DNA of 64,000 nt from Acholeplasmataceae bacterium. Its GTDB lineage: Bacteria; Bacillota_I; Bacilli_A; Acholeplasmatales; Acholeplasmataceae. This document shows, one piece after another, positions 1 to 9,448 of the stretch. Below the pieces are notes generated by a model. That model was not told where the DNA came from and made no database searches. It saw nothing but the letters and a program-made list of their open reading frames with translations. Each line of letters opens with the position of its first letter. The stretch's first letter is position 1. The translations under genes were made by a program, and so were the position numbers. The stretch covers positions 1,504,001 through 1,568,000 of the forward strand of contig OY775910.1 in the NCBI GenBank assembly GCA_963675245.1, in the 5' to 3' direction.

Positions 1-321
1 AATACGATCTTGTATATAAAGTGCAGAAGTCGTCAAAGGATATTCTTTCCATTCCTCTGTAACAGATAGAATAACATCAATTGACCTAGGATCAATACCA
101 GTTCGTTTGATTGCATCAAGTGCTGCAAGTGCTCCCATCTCTTGCGAACCATCTTCTGGTAATTTAACCGGGATTCTTTTTTCAACGATGCCGAGTTTTT
201 CAATGACAGCTTCTTCAGTCCAAAAACCATTTGTTTTTTCACTGATTTCTTTAGCTGTCATTATGCCTTCAGGTAAGTAAATACCTGTACCGACAACGCC
301 AACAGTAACTTGTTTATCCAT
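1..321 (-). CDS. 3-oxoacyl-ACP synthase III (FabH-like) family protein, 5' part; runs off the window
   Basis: Not in the ORF track. Manual translation from ATG at 321: MDKQVTVGVVGTGIYLPEGIMTAKEI...KLGIVEKR...MGALAALDAIKRTGIDPRSIDVIL, which matches the KAS III N-terminus (GxGxYLP, GIxERR-like, AAxxAL). Confidence 0.8.
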   Translation of the reverse strand, partial: MDKQVTVGVVGTGIYLPEGIMTAKEISEKTNGFWTEEAVIEKLGIVEKRIPVKLPEDGSQEMGALAALDAIKRTGIDPRSIDVILSVTEEWKEYPLTTSALYIQDRI

Positions 322-339
322 TCGGATACCTGCTTTCAA

Positions 340-1233
340 TTAGTTTAAATTCTCTTTCAGAACGTTCATAAATGCATCCAAATCATCAGTAATCACTGAA
401 TGGCCAGCATTTTCAAACGGAATAAGTGTTGCTTGATCTTTAAAATATTTTTTCATTTCTTCAGCATAACTGAATGGTACAACTAAATCTTTCTTGCCAT
501 GCAGGATGACAATAGGTGCTGTAATCAAATCCATACGACCCGATCCTTTTTCAACACCGTTTGAATCATTTGTCATATTGAAATGAACTAAACTATAATC
601 CACATCAACAAGATTTCGTTGCTTGAATATCGCATCTAAGTATAGCTCATAATCAGCATCATTAGGCTGTTTGAGGTTATAGATAACGGCATTCCATACT
701 GCTTTTAATACAGCTCTATTATTATTGGCAAAGGCATTTAATATTGGTACAACCTGAATTGGATCGTTAGATATCTCTTCTTTTGATGTAATCAGTTTAG
801 TTAATATTGGTTGTCCTTTATCATCTTTTTTAAACATTGGATAACCTTTAATACCTACTGAATCTAACAAGAATACTTTTTTAATGCGATCTTTTAAATC
901 TGCAGCTACTTCTAAAACTATACCGCCTCCAGTAGACCATCCTAAAATATTAAAATGATTTAAATGAAGTGCATCTACAAACATTTCTACATCAACTGCA
1001 AAATCATGTAATGAATTTAAATTATTCCAATAACTTGAGTCACCAAAGCCTCTTAAATCAATCGCGTAAACTTGATATGAATCTTCCAATTGTTCCATAA
1101 CAATTTGAAAGTGTACAGATGAGCTCATATTACCATGAACTAATAGGATAATATCACCTTTTGTACCAGCTTTTCGATATGCAATTGTTTCACCATTTTC
1201 AAGTTTCACATATTGCACTTGATATTGCTTCAT
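340..1233 (-). CDS. alpha/beta hydrolase resembling Bacillus intracellular PHB depolymerase PhaZ
   Basis: HGN oxyanion motif, DLRGFG, lipase box GWSTG, GKKDLVV (Asp), GHS (His). NGETIAY, GYPMFKKD..GQPI, KEEI..DP.Q and QRN.VDV recall B. thuringiensis-type PhaZ. Confidence 0.75.
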   Translation of the reverse strand: MKQYQVQYVKLENGETIAYRKAGTKGDIILLVHGNMSSSVHFQIVMEQLEDSYQVYAIDLRGFGDSSYWNNLNSLHDFAVDVEMFVDALHLNHFNILGWSTGGGIVLEVAADLKDRIKKVFLLDSVGIKGYPMFKKDDKGQPILTKLITSKEEISNDPIQVVPILNAFANNNRAVLKAVWNAVIYNLKQPNDADYELYLDAIFKQRNLVDVDYSLVHFNMTNDSNGVEKGSGRMDLITAPIVILHGKKDLVVPFSYAEEMKKYFKDQATLIPFENAGHSVITDDLDAFMNVLKENLN

Positions 1234-1952
1234 AGTCTCATTCCACCATTTGCATTAATAGTTTGTCCTGTGATATAAGATGCTTCTTCAGATGCTAAGA
1301 ATAAGGCAACATTAGCAATTTCTTGTGGTTGACCTAAACGTTTTAACATCGTCATTGCTGCAAATTGGTCTAATAAATCTTGAGGTACAGTTTTTAGAAT
1401 GTCAGTCATGATATAACCAGGAGCAATCGCGTTAACTCGTACATTTGCACCTTTTCTAGCAAATTCTTTAGCCCATGTCATTGTTAAACCAATGACACCT
1501 GCTTTTGTTGCTGCATAATTTGCTTGACCTATATTACCAAATACACCAACTACTGAACTAATATTAATAATCGATCCATAACCATTGACTTCCATAAGTG
1601 GACCAAATAAGCGTGTCATGTTAAAAACACCTTTTAAATTCACATCGATGACTAAATTCCATTGATCGTCTGTCATTTTTCTTGTCATTGAGTCGCGTGT
1701 GATACCTGCGTTATTAACAAGAATATCGACCTTTCCAAACTTCTCAATTACGTCATCATAAAATGCTTGAATTGCATTAACATCTGTGACATTCAATATG
1801 TAACCATGAACATTTTTGTGTTCATATTTTAATTCACCCATATCAGCTGCAATAACAGTTGCACCTTCATTTGCATATGTTTCAGCAATTGCTTGACCTA
1901 AACCTTGTGCACCACCTGTAACAACAGCGACTTTTCCATCTAATCTTCCCAT
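1230..1952 (-). CDS. SDR family 3-oxoacyl-(ACP/CoA) reductase (FabG/PhaB-like)
   Basis: TGGAQGLG, NNAGITRD, YAATK, VNAIAPG motifs; ATGA overlap with the hydrolase gene. Confidence 0.9.
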   Translation of the reverse strand: MGRLDGKVAVVTGGAQGLGQAIAETYANEGATVIAADMGELKYEHKNVHGYILNVTDVNAIQAFYDDVIEKFGKVDILVNNAGITRDSMTRKMTDDQWNLVIDVNLKGVFNMTRLFGPLMEVNGYGSIINISSVVGVFGNIGQANYAATKAGVIGLTMTWAKEFARKGANVRVNAIAPGYIMTDILKTVPQDLLDQFAAMTMLKRLGQPQEIANVALFLASEEASYITGQTINANGGMRL

Positions 1953-1967
1953 TTCTTTCTCCTTATA

Positions 1968-3173
1968 TTATACTTTCTTAAGAACTATAGCTGTCCCCAT
2001 ACCGCCACCGATACATAGACTAGCTAAGCCATAATTTGCATTTGTTTTTAACATTTCATGAATCAATGTAACAATAATTCTATTACCAGAGGCACCAACA
2101 GGGTGACCAAGAGCAATTGCACCACCATTAACATTAGTTATCTTTAATACATCTTCTTTGTAAACGCCAAAAGCTTCTTCTAATTCGTGAATAACACCAA
2201 GTGATTGTGCAGCAAATGCTTCATTCAATTCAATTAAATCCAAATCGCTAAAATCAAGATTTGCACGCTTTAAAGCTTGTTTAATTGCAGGTGTTGGTCC
2301 GAGACCCATAACTGAAGGATCAACGCCACCTTGTCCGACACCAATAATTTCAAATAAAGGTGTTAGATTATATTTTTTAACAGCATCTTCGCTTGCAACC
2401 ATGATAAAACTTGCACCGTCATTAATTCCTGAGGAAGTACCTGCTGTGACAGTACCATCTTTTTTGAATGCAGTACGTAAGCTTGATAATTTATCAAGGT
2501 CTGTACGACGATTAATAAATTCATCTTTTTCAAAAACAATGTCACCTTTTCTAGTTTTAATAACGATTGGTACGATTTCATCTTTAAATTTATTTGCATC
2601 GTCAGCTGCAATCGCACGTTGTTGTGACTCCCAAGCGAATGTATCTTGCATTTCACGTGTAATACCATATTTTTCAGCTATATTTTCAGCTGTAATACCC
2701 ATGTGATAGCCATTAAATGCGTCAGTTAACGCATCATAAATCATGTGATCCCTTAATGTTTGATCACCCATTTTAACACCTGTCCGTGCAGCACCAGGTA
2801 CTAAGAATGGAGCACCACTCATCGATTCTGCGCCACCAGCTACCATAATTTCAGCTAGACCAGCTTTAATTGAAGAATAAGCATTCATAACTGTTTTCAT
2901 ACCTGAACCACAAACCATATTTAGTGTTGAAGCAGGAACAGATGATGGAATGCCAGCGTTGATAGAAATCTGACGACCAACATTTTGTCCTAATCCAGCA
3001 CTTAAGATATTACCAACAAGTACTTCATCAATTGATTCAGGATTAACTTTTGAAGACACCAATAGTGCCTTTAACACTTGTGTACCAAATTCAGCTGGAT
3101 GCACTGAGCTAAGCATTCCCATGAACGAACCTATAGCACTTCTTTTCGCACCCACCACATAAACTTTACTCAT
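1968..3173 (-). CDS. acetyl-CoA C-acetyltransferase (thiolase)
   Basis: NMVCGSG, NEAFAAQ, GHPVGASG and LCIGGG catalytic motifs. Confidence 0.95.
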   Translation of the reverse strand: MSKVYVVGAKRSAIGSFMGMLSSVHPAEFGTQVLKALLVSSKVNPESIDEVLVGNILSAGLGQNVGRQISINAGIPSSVPASTLNMVCGSGMKTVMNAYSSIKAGLAEIMVAGGAESMSGAPFLVPGAARTGVKMGDQTLRDHMIYDALTDAFNGYHMGITAENIAEKYGITREMQDTFAWESQQRAIAADDANKFKDEIVPIVIKTRKGDIVFEKDEFINRRTDLDKLSSLRTAFKKDGTVTAGTSSGINDGASFIMVASEDAVKKYNLTPLFEIIGVGQGGVDPSVMGLGPTPAIKQALKRANLDFSDLDLIELNEAFAAQSLGVIHELEEAFGVYKEDVLKITNVNGGAIALGHPVGASGNRIIVTLIHEMLKTNANYGLASLCIGGGMGTAIVLKKV

Positions 3174-3290
3174 TTATATCCTCCTAGATAAAGCGTTTAC
3201 ATTTTTAACATTATAAAAGGATGCCTAAGTCGTTAATGCTTGTTTTTTATACCAACAAACACTTATTCGCTTTATACATCGTTTTTAAAC

Positions 3291-3452
3291 TGAATATATA
3301 TTCATATTACGATTTCATCATATCACAAACTTTTTTCATTGTCAACGAATTATGAATAAAAAGTCATATTAATTACAAGCGTTTACATATTTATATTTAA
3401 ATAACTAATCTTAATTTGTTTAATCATTGTAAACTTGCTGAATAAAAATTCA
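3291..3452. promoter_or_regulatory. three copies of a 14-bp palindromic operator, likely bound by the adjacent TetR
   Basis: TGAATATATATTCA (3291-3304, perfect palindrome), TGAATAAAAAGTCA (3353-3366), TGAATAAAAATTCA (3439-3452). Confidence 0.65.
3317..3345 (-). promoter_or_regulatory. sigma-70 promoter of the thiolase operon
   Basis: TTGACA (3345-3340), 17-nt spacer, extended -10 TGnTATGAT (hexamer 3322-3317). Confidence 0.7.
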
Positions 3453-3506
3453 TGTTTTTGTTGTGTTTTGACTTTTTTTAGTTTACACTAGTAATAGGTG
3501 AAATGA

Positions 3507-4115
3507 ATGAGTAAGAAAACATATCGTCTACCAAAGAGGAAAGACGGACAAAAAACATTTGATCAAATTATAGATACTGGAAAAAAACTTTTTTCCAAAC
3601 AAGGCTATGTTGCTACTTCTATTAATGAAATTATTGATGAAGCAGGTATTGCAACAGGTACTTTTTATCTATATTTTGATGATAAACTTGCGTTATACTC
3701 TTATATTCTCCTTGAGTATCACAAAAGCATTAGAAAACACATCAACGAGAAAATTAAAAACGTCCACACAAGATATGAAAAAGAAAGGCTTGGTATCAAA
3801 GCCTTCTTACAATTAGCATGGGACGACCCACTTGTTTATAAAATTATTTGGGAGTCAATGTTTATTGATGAATCACTTTTTAAGGAATACTATCAAACCT
3901 TTAGTGAAGACTATGTAAGAGGATTAAGTCATTCTGTTGAGCGTGGTGAAGTAAGAGATGATATTGATTTAGAAACTTTATCATATATTCTTATGGGTAT
4001 TTCTAACTTCGTTGGTTTACAAGTCTTATTTGGTGATACCTTAACCGAGAAAAAATTAGATATGATCGTCGATAACGTGATGAAAGTCTTAGAAATTGGT
4101 ATGTTCATAAAATAA
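3507..4115 (+). CDS. TetR/AcrR family transcriptional regulator
   Basis: N-terminal HTH (LFSKQGY..TSINEII..AGIATGTFYLYF); divergent from the thiolase operon. Confidence 0.92.
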   Translation: MSKKTYRLPKRKDGQKTFDQIIDTGKKLFSKQGYVATSINEIIDEAGIATGTFYLYFDDKLALYSYILLEYHKSIRKHINEKIKNVHTRYEKERLGIKAFLQLAWDDPLVYKIIWESMFIDESLFKEYYQTFSEDYVRGLSHSVERGEVRDDIDLETLSYILMGISNFVGLQVLFGDTLTEKKLDMIVDNVMKVLEIGMFIK

Positions 4116-4138
4116 AAGCACTCTGAGAGTGCTTTTTT
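4114..4138. terminator. bidirectional intrinsic terminator
   Basis: AAAAGCACTC-TGA-GAGTGCTTTTTT between convergent genes. Confidence 0.8.
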
Positions 4139-5192
4139 AATGATCAAATAACGATAATTGTTCGACCGACAATTTTTTATTGCCTGAAACAATGCGTTGC
4201 CATTTGGCACTTCTTCCAGTACCTAGTGGTCGAATCTTGTTCTCATCACGTAATCTCTTTAACGTCCGATCAATGGTCGCATCAGATACATTCGGATGAC
4301 GTTTTCTTAAATCATTCTTAGAAAAAATTTCAGGTAATTTCAATATACTATTTTCTAAGTTATCACTCTTATTGAGTTTCTTCTCGAATGCATATTCGTG
4401 TGCAAATGAATCAATTTCTTTATAGCTATCTAAAATAATATTGACTAAAAAGCGATTGAGCATATCTATTTGTGGATAACCTTGTTCCCAATAATAACTT
4501 GCTTGAACAAAACTATTATCCCAAGCATCTTTTACATGTAGAAAATATGTAAAGAAACTTGCATACTTGAATACACCAAAACGTCTTGAAACCATTGCAA
4601 AAAGTAGTATAGAAGCAATTAACTTATCTTGAGCACTAACAATTTTCATATTAAGAAAATCAACGTAAAAGCTCGTGATTAACTGCGTTAATTCGTGTTT
4701 CTTATCTCTTTCAGATTTATCATATAACATCATAAGTTGTTCGAGATCTTCTCGTTTACCTAATCTTGCTTTACTACCCAGCATACCTTCAGTTTTCGTG
4801 CTTGAAGGGTTAAAGTTGATGGGATCACTATGTTTCGACAATAATTTCAGTAAATTACCAACTTCATTAGGTAATAATTCAAAATCATCAAGACCATCGC
4901 GCAATTGATGTATAGCCAATTTTACATTATTTAATAAGTGTTCATCCTTGGTTCTAGGAACCATTTTCTTTTTAGCAAACAATTTAACTCTTGATTCAGT
5001 CATGCTTAAATCAAGATATTTTGCGATGGCTATAATATCTTTTTCTTCAGCTTTTTTTGAGAATGCTTGAAAATCACGACTAAACAAATCATCATAGTAA
5101 AATGATTTTCCTTTATACTCATATAATGTTAGCAAAAGTAACATCATTTCTGCGTTTATTTGGACACGCTCTATATTTTTAAGTGCGTTCAT
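4137..5192 (-). CDS. Fic-family-like protein with degenerate active site and C-terminal HTH
   Basis: Layout resembles Firmicutes Fic+HTH proteins (LLxxLYEYKGK; FYVDFL; KY.S; C-terminal FSKNDLR..HPNVSDATIDRTLKRL..G.GRSAKW), but HPFxDGNGR is replaced by MKIVSAQDK. Start moved to ATG 5192 (SD AGGAG). Confidence 0.6.
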   Translation of the reverse strand: MNALKNIERVQINAEMMLLLLTLYEYKGKSFYYDDLFSRDFQAFSKKAEEKDIIAIAKYLDLSMTESRVKLFAKKKMVPRTKDEHLLNNVKLAIHQLRDGLDDFELLPNEVGNLLKLLSKHSDPINFNPSSTKTEGMLGSKARLGKREDLEQLMMLYDKSERDKKHELTQLITSFYVDFLNMKIVSAQDKLIASILLFAMVSRRFGVFKYASFFTYFLHVKDAWDNSFVQASYYWEQGYPQIDMLNRFLVNIILDSYKEIDSFAHEYAFEKKLNKSDNLENSILKLPEIFSKNDLRKRHPNVSDATIDRTLKRLRDENKIRPLGTGRSAKWQRIVSGNKKLSVEQLSLFDH

Positions 5193-5200
5193 GACTTCTC

Positions 5201-6838
5201 CTATTCGTAACAAGATCCTCCAATAAATTCACGAATCAGTGAATTGTTTGGAACAAGTTTATCATCAAGATCAACAAAATATTTTAGGAATTTCAATAAA
5301 CGATTCGCTGTTATAAAATGTTTAGACTCTGTTGGAATAGCTCTTAGTTGTTGAAGAGCATATTTTTTTAGAACAGCTAGCTCATATGATAATTCAGAAT
5401 TAAAAACATAATCCGCTTCTTTTTGGAATGGATAAATCCATTTGAACTCACCACGTCTAACGGATTGCCACATCTCCATCGTGTCTATCGCAGGTGTCCC
5501 TCTAAATTGCTGATCTCTAACAATGCGTCTTAATAATCTTAATTCTGTAATTGAGATAGGATTATGATCATCAATATGGAGTTGTGTTTGAGGCGAAATA
5601 TAAATTTTGAATTTTTGATGTTTAGGGATAGACGCAGTCAATCGTTCATTTAAAGCGTGAATTCCCTCAATAATAATAGGTGTATCACCTTTTAGATGAA
5701 TCTTTTTACCTGCTTCTCTTTTACCGGTTTGGAAATTAAATTGTGGTAATGTAACAGGTTCACCTTGGATAAGAGCTAACATATCACGATTAAACAGGTT
5801 TAAATCTAATGCTTCAATGTGCTCTAAATCAGGTTTCCCATCGTCATCTTTAGGTGCTAAATCTTTTCCTAAATAATAATCATCAATCGAAATACGTATA
5901 GGATGAATACCTCTAGTCATCAATTCGACACGCAATCTTTTAGCAAACGTTGTTTTTCCAGAAGATGATGGTCCAGCAATGGCGATTAATCTCAATGAGT
6001 CAGAATTACTTGCAATCATGTCACCAAGTTCAGCAAGCATATGAAAATGCTTTGTTTCACACATATTAACAAATTCAATAGCTTTTTCAGAATCTTTAGA
6101 CCATTCATTCATTCTTGGAATTGTATTTCCAGATATAACTTGACCCCATCTTGCAGATTCTTTTAAGGCTTTACCAAAAGTAGGTTCATCTATAAATGGG
6201 GGAATTTCACCATTTAGCTCTGCTCTAGGATAATGTATTAAAAATCCTGGATGATAGAGTCTTAATGCGTAAGCTTCAATGTAACCGGTAGATGGCAACA
6301 TATAACCAAACATATAATTCATATACCCTTCACATTCATAAAGATTGACGTATTCTTCTTCACGATATTTAATAATATTAACCTTATCATTCATCCCAAA
6401 GGATTTATATAATTGTAGGGCTTCACCGACTGAAACACGTCGTCTGTTTATCTTGAAATCGCTAGCGATAATACGGTCTATTTCAGCTTTTAATTCATCT
6501 AGCTTATCTTGATTCAAAGTACCTTTTAAACCTTCAAATATAGCCAATATAGACCTTGAAATACTATAGTTAAAATGGATTGTTGACTGTCCAAAGATAC
6601 GATGGGCTGCCATTGCTGTAATATATCTTAATGTTGCTTCATACATGTGAATCGCATCCGGTGATTCATAACCAATAAACTTAATATCAGAATCTTTTGT
6701 TATAACATACGTTAATTCTCTTAGTCGACCATTAACAGTGGCAGCCAAGACATGCTTCCCATCGCACGCCTCAACCACTTCTTCAAGTGTTAATGGATTT
6801 TCAAACGTTAGCGTCTGATCACATACACTTAATTTCAT
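5201..6838 (-). CDS. nucleoside (uridine) kinase with N-terminal ThrRS-like domains
   Basis: N-terminal TGS/ThrRS-like region (AATVNGRLREL); C-terminal P-loop GPSSSGKTT, IDDYY, IEGIHAL, RLLRRIVRD. Confidence 0.85.
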   Translation of the reverse strand: MKLSVCDQTLTFENPLTLEEVVEACDGKHVLAATVNGRLRELTYVITKDSDIKFIGYESPDAIHMYEATLRYITAMAAHRIFGQSTIHFNYSISRSILAIFEGLKGTLNQDKLDELKAEIDRIIASDFKINRRRVSVGEALQLYKSFGMNDKVNIIKYREEEYVNLYECEGYMNYMFGYMLPSTGYIEAYALRLYHPGFLIHYPRAELNGEIPPFIDEPTFGKALKESARWGQVISGNTIPRMNEWSKDSEKAIEFVNMCETKHFHMLAELGDMIASNSDSLRLIAIAGPSSSGKTTFAKRLRVELMTRGIHPIRISIDDYYLGKDLAPKDDDGKPDLEHIEALDLNLFNRDMLALIQGEPVTLPQFNFQTGKREAGKKIHLKGDTPIIIEGIHALNERLTASIPKHQKFKIYISPQTQLHIDDHNPISITELRLLRRIVRDQQFRGTPAIDTMEMWQSVRRGEFKWIYPFQKEADYVFNSELSYELAVLKKYALQQLRAIPTESKHFITANRLLKFLKYFVDLDDKLVPNNSLIREFIGGSCYE

Positions 6839-6847
6839 ATTTTTCTC

Positions 6848-9448
6848 CTAGTTATCTTCATCATCAAAAAGATCAAATCGTGTTAAATGAATCGCTGTTT
6901 TATCTTTTGTGATGACTTGTTCTTCTTTGATTGGTGCTGGTTCTTTAAGTATTGGAATCTCTTTTCTTTTTTGTGGTTTTGCTTTCAATTCAAGATCGAT
7001 TTTTTCATGATCGATTTGAATCATTTGTGCTTGACCGTATACCTCTTCATCAATCATTTTTTTGCCAAATTTATTCGCGTTATACTTAAGTTCGTTTGCT
7101 GTTGTTTTTAATGCCCCTTTTTCAGAGACAATTAGAACTGGTACATCTTCTTTTTGCTGAGCTCTGGATAATCTTGCAATAGAAGCACCAAAATGTGGAT
7201 TAGATTTCAATCTATCAATGACTAAAATACCACGTCTGTTTCTACCGTAAGTCGGTAATTCTTCAACAACATCTTTTATAACATGACCTCTAGTCGTTAA
7301 ACAGACAAATTCATCACTTTCATGGACATATATTGCACCTACGAGTCGATCGTCATCAGCGATTGAAGCACCTTTAACGCCACCGGCTTGTAAGCCATAT
7401 AAAGGCAATTCTTCGGTTTTAAATCTGAGACAATAGCCACGCTTTGTTAATGATAATATATTTTCTTTTTCACCTCGATCGACTGAAACTAATTCATCAC
7501 CATCAGACAATTTCATTGCCTTTAACGATTTATAATAGCGCGTCACATTGAGATCTTCAATCTTAACTTGTTTCATCATACCTTGTTTTGATGCTAAAAG
7601 AAAATGCTCATGTGTGTCAAAACGATCGATCGCATGTACCTTAACAATCACTTCATCACGTTCAATTGGTGTAATATTATTAATGTATGTCCCTAAATCC
7701 TTCCATTTCTGTTCTTCAATTTTAAAGACAGGAAGGAAGATATAATTACCTAGGTTTGTAAATAACAATAATGTTTCTAATGTACTCGTCTCTCGTTCGT
7801 AAATTAGTGCATCATCTTGCTTTAATCCTGGATCTGGTGTTGCACTATAACTTCTTAAACTAGCACGTTTTACATAACCTTCTCTGGTAATACCGATAAT
7901 GACATTTTCTTCACTAATCAAATCTTTTTGATCTATTTTTATCGTTTCAATTTCATCCTCTATGATTGTTCTTCTATCATCGCCAAGGTTAACTGAAACT
8001 TCCATCAATTCTCGCTTAATAACGCGTTTTAATGCAGATTCGCTCGATAAAATATGATTTAACTCAACAATGTTTTCTTGAAGTGAATCTTGTTCGTTTT
8101 GGAGGGCAACAACATCAGTATTGGATAAGCGATAGAGTTGTAATGTAACAATCGCTTCTGCTTGAAGATCTGTAAATCCAAAAGCGGATATAATATTTTC
8201 TTTTGCGTTAGCTTTATTTTGTGATTGACGAATGATACGAATAATATCTTCAACGACTGAAACCATCTTAATTAAACCTTCAACAATATGTTGACGTTTA
8301 GTGGCTTTTTCAAGTTCATAATTTGAACGGTTTGTAATGACATCTTTTTGATGATCAACATATGCCTTCAAGATCGGTAAAATACCTACTTGAACAGGTC
8401 TATGATTCATAATAGCAACCATATTATAACTATATGAGACTTGAAGATCAGTTGATTTAAATAAAAGATTTGAAATCAGTAGTGGATCTGCACCTTTTTT
8501 TAGATCAACGGCGATTCTTAACCCCTGTTGATCTGTTTCATCTCGAATTTCAATGATATCATCTATCTTTTGGTTAATTCTTAATTGATCCATATTACGT
8601 ACTAAATCCGCTTTATTGACTTCAAAAGGTATTTCAGTAATGACAATTCTTTCTTGAGATTTAGAAATTTCTTCTACACTCGTTTTAGAACGAATGATGA
8701 TTTTACCTGAACCATTTTCAAGTGCACTTAAAATACCATCTTTCCCCTGGACAATACCTCCTGTAGGAAAATCTGGTCCTAATACAATTTTTGATAATTC
8801 AGCTACACCAATATTCTCATTTGCGAGATAAGCGATGGTCGCTTCAACCACTTCTCTTAGATTATGAGGTGGAATTTTTGTTGCGTAACCTGCTGAAATT
8901 CCCATGGCACCATTGACAAGCAAATTAGGAAATTTAGCTGGAAGAACAGTCGGTTCCAACTCTTCATCATCAAAGTTAGGAATAAAAGGAACAGTTCGCT
9001 TGTCGATATCAGCTAATAATGCTTCTGCTGCATTTGAAAGTCTGGCTTCTGTATAACGCATTGCTGCAGCACTATCACCATCTATAGAACCGTTGTTCCC
9101 ATGCATATCAATTAAGTTAACACGCATCTTAAAATCTTGACTTAATCTCACCATTGCCTCGTATATGGATGAATCACCATGAGGATGATATTTTCCCATA
9201 ACTTCACCAGCAATACGTGCTGATTTTTTATAAGGTGTGTTATGAAACATCTTTAGTTGTTGCATAGCAAATAAGATACGTCTTTGAACAGGTTTTAAAC
9301 CGTCTCTAGCATCTGGAAGTGCACGATCTTGAATAATATATTTTGAATATCGTCCAAATCGATCAGATACAATCTCTTCAAGGGTTGTTTCAATGACTGT
9401 TTCAATAAAATCATCGATTTGTTTGCTGATGTCTTTCTTAGTAGCCAT
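6848..9448 (-). CDS. parC: DNA topoisomerase IV subunit A
   Basis: DRALPDARDGLKPVQRR, YHPHGD, AAMRYTEARL; directly downstream of parE. Confidence 0.95.
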   Translation of the reverse strand: MATKKDISKQIDDFIETVIETTLEEIVSDRFGRYSKYIIQDRALPDARDGLKPVQRRILFAMQQLKMFHNTPYKKSARIAGEVMGKYHPHGDSSIYEAMVRLSQDFKMRVNLIDMHGNNGSIDGDSAAAMRYTEARLSNAAEALLADIDKRTVPFIPNFDDEELEPTVLPAKFPNLLVNGAMGISAGYATKIPPHNLREVVEATIAYLANENIGVAELSKIVLGPDFPTGGIVQGKDGILSALENGSGKIIIRSKTSVEEISKSQERIVITEIPFEVNKADLVRNMDQLRINQKIDDIIEIRDETDQQGLRIAVDLKKGADPLLISNLLFKSTDLQVSYSYNMVAIMNHRPVQVGILPILKAYVDHQKDVITNRSNYELEKATKRQHIVEGLIKMVSVVEDIIRIIRQSQNKANAKENIISAFGFTDLQAEAIVTLQLYRLSNTDVVALQNEQDSLQENIVELNHILSSESALKRVIKRELMEVSVNLGDDRRTIIEDEIETIKIDQKDLISEENVIIGITREGYVKRASLRSYSATPDPGLKQDDALIYERETSTLETLLLFTNLGNYIFLPVFKIEEQKWKDLGTYINNITPIERDEVIVKVHAIDRFDTHEHFLLASKQGMMKQVKIEDLNVTRYYKSLKAMKLSDGDELVSVDRGEKENILSLTKRGYCLRFKTEELPLYGLQAGGVKGASIADDDRLVGAIYVHESDEFVCLTTRGHVIKDVVEELPTYGRNRRGILVIDRLKSNPHFGASIARLSRAQQKEDVPVLIVSEKGALKTTANELKYNANKFGKKMIDEEVYGQAQMIQIDHEKIDLELKAKPQKRKEIPILKEPAPIKEEQVITKDKTAIHLTRFDLFDDEDN

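Noticed and set aside
33..242. 69-aa ORF in the track
   Set aside because: It is an alternative frame inside the FabH-like gene (1..321), which has the recognisable motifs.
2363..2706. Short overlapping or antisense ORFs (2363..2668, 2401..2706 and similar ones throughout the track)
   Set aside because: They are shadows of well-supported genes, with no motifs or SD support.
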